DNA from: Podarcis filfolensis | Lineage: Eukaryota | DNA length: 64,000 nucleotides | Assembly (NCBI GenBank): GCA_964270895.1 | Contig: OZ185445.1 | Strand: one strand, 5' to 3' | Part shown: one piece after another, positions 57,219 through 64,000 of the stretch | How the letters are laid out: each line of letters opens with the position of its first letter | Numbering within the stretch: the first letter of the stretch is position 1 | Notes under the pieces: model-generated | The model's input: the letters and a program-made list of their open reading frames with translations, nothing else | What the model was told of the DNA's origin: nothing | The model's database searches: none | Translations under genes and position numbers: made by a program

Positions 57219-57568
57219 CAGACCCTCCCAGTTTCCCTATTTTCCAGGGATAGTCCTGGATTTACAGAAGCCATGGCAGTTTCTGGCTTGATCCCAGAAT
57301 GTCCCTTTTTCCTCAGAACACCCCTCTTTTCATTGGAGAAATGTTGGACGGTTATCCAATCCCCAAGCCATCTGAAAGTAGCCCTGTACTAAGGAAGCTT
57401 TTTTTTTTAAAAAAATGTTTAATGTTTTATTATGGGTTTTTTTTATATGTTGGAAGCCACCTGGAGTGGCTGGGGCAACCCAATCAGATGGGTAGGGTAT
57501 AAATATTATTATTATTATTTATGTAATAGGATGTCCCTATTTTCATCAGAGAAATGTTGAAGGGTATG
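57219..57568 (+). mobile_element. Composite TIR-like repeat containing an L2 3' tail, copy 1
   Basis: CAGACCCTCC ... GAAGGGTATG ends; homologous in inverted orientation to 59228-59568. Confidence 0.8.
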
Positions 57569-59227
57569 TATTAAAGGGATATTTGTACATAAAGGAAAAT
57601 GGATGTTTACTTTGGGGTTAGTGACAACGTATAGTTCTCACACCTTGAAGGAACAGCTTAACATTCAGGCCTCAGCGAACTACCTTCACCTCAGCAATCC
57701 ACCTTTATATCTGTCTTCAGCCAGCTTCCCAACTCATGGTTCCCTGGTAGTAATACTTAAAAAAGAAGAAGAAGAAGGTAAGGATTACTGTGCTTGCCAA
57801 TTTTGCTATGAAGTGAATCCTTCTCCTGCCTCTGCCTGGCCTCTCTGTGTTCTGCTTTAACGTGTTTCTTTCCAGGCCTGCTCACTTCTGGTATCAGAGT
57901 TGGGCTGAGAGAAAACCTCATAAAGCAGCTTGCAGGGGCGTTCGGAAGTGGGGGAAGGCATAGCTCCTGTCCCCTGCCCGCTCCATTTACTGTTAAAGGT
58001 GGTTAATCTCCATCCCTGCTTTTATAGCTGAACTGGCAATCGCATGCTTAATAAACATGCATATGCCTAGTTTGGCCCAGAGTAATTTGTATTACCCGTA
58101 GAATTAAAATTAAGCTGTGATAACTCCATAATGAATGTGCACCTCCAATAGTGCCAAAAACCTGGAGATTATTAATAAGCCTGCTTTCAGCTGTTCCCGC
58201 AATGCCAGGCTGCTCTGATTAAAAGGACGCACACTGCTTGCTAGTACATTTTAAGAAGGGGACTGAGATTTTGAATATCTGCGTGAAGCCTACCCAGCTA
58301 ATCATAGCATTCCTCTCTATAGCAAGCTTTACTCTGAGAAAAGGGACGTGGGCGAGGCGTATATGGCTGGGAAAAGGGCTTTTCACTGGGAAGATGGGAC
58401 GTAGCTTATCTAATTCAGTTCGCCCTAATGGGACTGAGCTTGTTGGTGCTTACTGCAGTGTGACAATATAGGAAGCAGTAGGCCAATTTCTCTAGCTTGA
58501 CATTGGCCAACAGAATTGCAAAAATAGTTCTCATAATGTGAAGTTCACTACTTCACATTCTTGTTCTCGCACCAAAGAGACTGGTTTTATGTCTGAATTG
58601 TGAAACTACATTTTACCAAATTTCAGTCTGACTTCAGTATTCTTATATTTAAACACAGTGTAGAGATGGGCAAGTTGAATCCCGAGAAAAAAAAATCTGA
58701 AGGGTTGCATTAGGACAATACTGATATCAGGCCAACCAAAATGCCATTTGATGATCCCAGTAAATGTGCTGCCGTCATATGGATTTTTGAATATTTAACC
58801 TTGTTGCTTTATGCTGCCATAGTCAGCTGCAATTTACATTTAGGATTTGAAACAATGGTTATAGAGGCTCCCCAGTCTTATTCCAATACTCTGACATTGC
58901 ACAACAAAGGCTGTCTCACTGTTTCGCATATGCCACCCTTACCTGTCCATCTTCTCGTTTGTTGTTTGCAAATATCATCTTTCCCGCTCAAATGTATTTT
59001 GACAGTATTACAGTATAATGCCCATTGATTTTTATTCAAAAGAGGGCTTCATATAAATGGAGAGAGTATCAATAACCTAGGGATAGACTGTTAGCAAGAT
59101 ACCATCCGTGTAATGCAACATAATTTTTGATTCCGTTTTCTCTGTAATAAAAGATGAACAGAATAAGGTGGGCTGTATTTGATGGGCACTTACAACTAGC
59201 AAAAATTGTTCTCGACCCATGCAAGGT

Positions 59228-59568
59228 CATACCCTCCAATGTTTCTCTGATGAAAATAGGGATGTCCCATTCCATAATGATATGTTTACTATTTATACCC
59301 CACACATCTTACTGTGTTGCCCCAGCACTCTGAGCAGCTTCCAATATATATAAAAACATAATAAAACATTAAACATTTTAAAAGAAAACTTCCCTATACA
59401 GGATTGTCTTCAGGCGGCTTGGGGGTTGGATAACTCCATACCCTCCAACATTTCTCCAATGAAAATAGGGACATCCTAAGGAAAAGCGGGGCATTTGGGG
59501 ATCAAATCCGAAACCGGCTTCTTTAAATCAGGGATGTCCTTGGAAAATAGGGACACTTGGAGGGTCTC
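59228..59568 (-). mobile_element. Composite TIR-like repeat containing an L2 3' tail, copy 2
   Basis: Reverse complement aligns over the whole length with 57219-57568. Confidence 0.8.
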
Positions 59569-60949
59569 CAAGGTGGATCACCTAATTTTTGCCAATTTCA
59601 CCAGTCCTTGCACTATAATCTAGTCCAGAGGATTCCTCAACCTTCAGAAGCAGATTTTAAGTGGCTTAGGGGGAGAATTGGCAAAATGCAGATGCCTGGG
59701 GGAAAGTCTTTTCTGCTAACAAAACGTTACTGTTGATTGCAACCTCATATAATTATCTTTTTACTCAGAGAGAAAATTATTGAAGAATATATAAGCGAGT
59801 GATGAGAGCTGAGAGCGTCCTTTGGGTATCATTGTACATCTGAACTCTCTCTTAATGATGCCAAGATATAGGAAATGAAGAGGTGCTTGTGCTCCATTAC
59901 ACCATTAGAGCAGGATGGATGAGCAACTAAAGGAATACATCTGCCTTTGTCCAAGTGACATACTATTTAGGGCAGTGGGGAGAAAAAAAACAGTATGGGC
60001 TGGATTCAAAGAATCAGAAGTGGAAGGAAAATAGGTGCTGGTGCTGCTCTGTAGACACATGCACATAGCATTGTCTACTGTGACCTGGACTTAATTGGCT
60101 ATCACTCTAAGGTTCCACTTGAGATACAACATGCTAGGGCATGAAGTGGTGATGGAAATGGACAAGGACTGAAGCCATAGTTGGTCCATGAGAGGCTTGG
60201 TAGATAGGGCATCTCATATCCCATCAAACATTGCTTTCTATCTAACGCAAGAAAGAAATTCAGGAGACATCTGTATGGAAACAGAATGGGTGTTAAGGAC
60301 AATGTGAACACAAGGATAACAGTTATGTTTGGGAGCTGGAAAGAGGGAAGCAGAGAATGTGGTGGTAGAAGACGTATGTTAGATAGGAAATTTCAGAGCT
60401 GTGTGATGAGGCCTTCTCCTTTGACAGTCTGAGGCAGTCTGTTCCTAAATTTGTAAGGTTTTAACACAGGTGGAAACCTGAATGTGGCAAACCACACTGA
60501 ATTTCCCATGCCTACTGCATTCTGTACTTAGCCTTACAGTGACAGCTTTCTTCATTTTTTGCTTTTACAAACAAGAGCCATGCTTTACAAACTATTTTAG
60601 AATGCCATTAGTAACATGGTTATCTCTTTTCTCACACTGGAGAAATAGAAGAGAAGAAATATTAAGGATTAGCATGTTATATGACAGAGTTTTGAAGTCT
60701 GCCTATTGAAGATAAGTGGCCCGCGTTAAAATATGTGTTGTTCCTTCCTTTTGCAGTGGGGGGAAGACAGCGTGAATCTGAGTGAGAGAGCTCATTTTTA
60801 GACTTACTGAAATGATTAATTGCTTGTATTCCGTGTCCTACACTGAGTAATATCCTGCAGATATTATGGCATAGCTGCTTTTATTTTTCTATTCTATTTG
60901 GTACAAGAGTTTGAGCATATCGATCGCAGGAGTTATTATTTTAATCTTG

Positions 60950-61040
60950 CATTTGATTAAGTGGACGGAAGTCCACGGAAGCTTGTGCCATAATAAATCT
61001 ATTAGCTGTTAGTGTGCCGCAAGATTCTTTGTTATTTTAA
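60950..61040. mobile_element. Penelope-like terminal-repeat fragment
   Basis: aagtggacggaagtccacggaagcttgtgccataataaa matches 37928-37968. Confidence 0.55.
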
Positions 61041-62020
61041 TGGAATTTTCATAAGTCCTGTACGCGATGGCCATTGAAGTCCTCATGTTTCACTTCAGCT
61101 CATATCTGACATTTCTTTGCTATATCTTATATCTAGATGATGGAGCCTAATTTCTACTGGTAGACACATGGACCCCACAGTATCATCAGTCAAAACATGC
61201 ATTTGGCTACCAAAATCACTGTAGGCCAAAAGGCTTGGTCACACCATGCATATATATTAATGTTGGTCCAAATACCATGAAAGATGGAAATGCGTGATGT
61301 TATTTTGCTGAATCTACACAGTGACTTAAATAGGTGAGATCAAAAAGAGTCCATGCTAAATGCTGGAAATGGCCTGTTTAGTCAAATGAATGGAAAGGAT
61401 AGCTAGCAGTTAACTGCGCTGTTTGCTTCAAGGAATTGTAGCTGACTAATTATAGAATTGATTAATGAATTGATTGATTGAATAGCCATAACTTTGCATA
61501 GGAGGAAAACAATAGTTATAAAGGGGGGGGGGACTATGGGTAGCATCTAATGGTGCCTGTGTGTAAACACAACAGCCTTCTACCTGAAAGGCCACCTTCT
61601 TCCCTACAGACCCTCCCAGGTGCTGAGATCGGCAGAGAGGGCCCTCTTGGTAGTGGCTACTGTATTTGCAAGTTCTAGCTTGATAGATATGTTACATGAA
61701 ATGTAATATAAAACTTTAGCCTTGATGTTGACTACCATTGCAGACTACCATTACAGTTCAAAGTTAATTATTAATTTTAATTTCCGAGATCTTCAATTGT
61801 CAAAGTGTTATGGATAGGATCTTAATAAAAGAGTCAGGAACTTACCAAAGAAAGAAAGAAAGAAAGAACAGTCTGAATGTTAACTGTATACTTGGAGAAG
61901 CACCTACGGAAGACAATATTTCAACTGATTAAAAAATGCCAGTTAGCTCCTATATACAAATACTAAATTTATTCCCTATGTACCTATTCTTTGACAGCAA
62001 AATAGACAACACCCATATGC

Positions 62021-62160
62021 AAGGAACATAGGAAGCTGTCTTATACTGAGAAAGACCATTGACTAACAGTGGCTCTAAAGAGTTTCAACCTACCTAGAGA
62101 TGCTGGGGACTGAATCTGGGACCTTCTGTATGCAAAGCAGATGGTCTACCCCAAGCTAAA
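62021..62160 (-). mobile_element. Deleted tRNA-derived SINE
   Basis: ggaacataggaagctg tail and gggaccttctgtatgcaaagcagatg head; related to 4376-4497. Confidence 0.65.
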
Positions 62161-62739
62161 GCACAAGAAGGAGGTATCAGTGGGCTTGGGGAACCCCCAA
62201 GTGTTTGCAGAAGTCCAAGAAGCCTTTAGACAAAAAATGATCCAGGGGTACCCCTCCTTGAACAACTCAATGAGGACTTTGAACAACGGTAATCCATGCT
62301 ACGGTCTTCTTTTGCAAATACTACTTGTCTCTATGGGTGACTGATGGAAATTCATTTGTATGCCTGTGTGGCAACTCTAATAACAGGCTGACAAATTATT
62401 TAGCGACCAACAGGAACTCGCAGCCCTGTTCAGCGTAATCACTCCAAAATATATGAATATTTTAATACTAAGTATGTACAGCTGTGTTCCCTTTATTTGG
62501 TTTGCAGTTCAACAGGACTGAAGCTGCTGCGGTTGGTATCAAATACCTCTTATTGATAATTTATGCAGACAGAACATCGAGTTTTGCAATGACTTGCGAA
62601 AAGCTGAGAGAGGAACCTTTGAAGTTACAATGCTAAGGCCACTTGAGCGTTATGTAACATCTTGATGCTGTAATTCTGTCCTACAGATTCCTGTTTCCTC
62701 CTCATGGTGGTTGTCTGCACAGGCTTCAGATTCATGTCT

Positions 62740-63220
62740 GTGTCCAATTCAAGGTGCTGATTTTGACCCATAAACCACTGTATGAATTGGGTTCTTGGTA
62801 CCTAAGGGAATGCCTCCTTGCCTATGTACCCACTTGTAGTTTGGGTCATCTACAGAGGCTATGCTCTGTGTGCTGCCTCAATCTGAAGTTAACGGGTGGC
62901 CACAAGAGAGTGGCCTTGCTGGTGGTGGCCTCCTCACCTCCCTAGGGAAACCCTCTTGGCTTCTACATTGCTTTCTTTTCTGTGCCAGATTAAGACTTTT
63001 CTGTTCTTCTAGGCCTTCTAAGATCTGCTTTAAGTTGATGATTTTAATGATGGTTATTTTAGTCGATGGTATTATAGTTTGGATTTTTTTATGCTGGTTG
63101 TCTCAAGTTTATTGTGGCTTTATTGCAGGATGCTTTTTACTGTGTTTGCTCTCTTTATTTGTACAACACCCACGGAAGCTATTTCACAAGGCATCTCATA
63201 AATATAATGAATATATAAAC
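62740..63220 (+). mobile_element. Old L2-like LINE 3' fragment
   Basis: Translation KVLILTHKPLYELGSWYLRECL resembles the L2 ORF2 C-terminus; T-rich 3' UTR and AT tail follow. Confidence 0.65.
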
Positions 63221-64000
63221 TAGAACATAGGCTCGTGTACATACTCCTTTCATTGACTATGCTGCCATTTCTCTTTGCCTGCCTGCTAAATTTCTTATCT
63301 TATTAAAGTCCACAAAGTGTCATGCGATGGGTACTTTAACCCTCCTCCCCATTATTCTTGGCCATTCATGTGATAATAAAACAATGTGCATTACTGTTCG
63401 GTAAATGAAAGTCGCTTGAATTGATTGCGGTGCTAGAAGCTAAGTTATCTGAATATCAGCCTTGACTTTTTCATATTTCTTGCAGACATCTGGTTTCGAA
63501 GCAGCTAGTGGGTAATGGTACAATAAATCACAGGGCTGGTTTGATAGCCTTCATCACAGACTTTTATAGTGAGCCAAATTTGCCAGAGTTTGCTAGAAAT
63601 CACTTTTGCAACTCTTTAAAATAAAGTGTGATACACACCCTGCTCAGTGTCATTTACCTTATGCCAAGGCTCATGGACTAGGAATCCTAAACTAGAATCA
63701 AATTCATTCCTGCTGTCATCTGTATAGGAGGGATATTTTTTACCTCTTTGGAGACTCTGGGCTGCTTTAAACAGGGCATTTTTAAGGTGTGCCCCCCAAC
63801 TGTTTGCAAAAATGTATTGTGTGAATAAGTGCATGGTTAAATATAGGAGTTATATAGAGCAATAGGGAAAGTTTTTGAATTATAGGAATAAAAGATTTCC
63901 TACAGAAAATGTAGGATTAGAAATACTGTCAGCTTTGTAAGGCAAAGTATTATATTGACCCACAGTAGTTTTAAAAGTCTTCTTTTTTGGCTTCCACGTG

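Noticed and set aside
27520-64000. A second protein-coding gene downstream of YTHDC2
   Set aside because: No ORF or exon chain with recognisable host-protein similarity on either strand. Small or non-coding exons cannot be excluded by eye.

Overview
Vertebrate genomic DNA, most likely a squamate (lacertid-like) lizard, inferred from Sauria-type SINEs and the CR1/L2/hAT/Tc1-mariner repeat mix. Bases 847-24620 (+) hold the last 24 coding exons of YTHDC2: DExH helicase core with DEVH motif, ankyrin insert, HA2/OB region and C-terminal YTH domain. I assembled them by hand with continuous reading phase from the helicase core to the stop codon TGA at 24618-24620. The 5' exons lie upstream of the window, and an N-gap hides the start of one exon. 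One intron (8191-8277) has a GC donor, is 87 nt long and is stop-free in frame. A probable 3' UTR follows (about 24.6-27 kb). I found no second protein-coding gene in the remaining ~37 kb, which is rich in repeats: TA-flanked Tc1/mariner-type MITEs, hAT-type MITEs with 8-bp TSDs, solo-LTR-like elements with 5-bp TSDs, Sauria and other tRNA-derived SINEs, and CR1/L2/Penelope-like fragments, several of them nested. Repeat family names come from recognising structure and remembered motifs, not from a database search. No clearly new biological system is demonstrated. The best leads are the in-frame GC-AG intron, a perfect isolated 26-bp inverted repeat, a tRNA-Lys SINE sharing its tail with a CR1 in the window, and a composite TIR-like element carrying an L2 tail.
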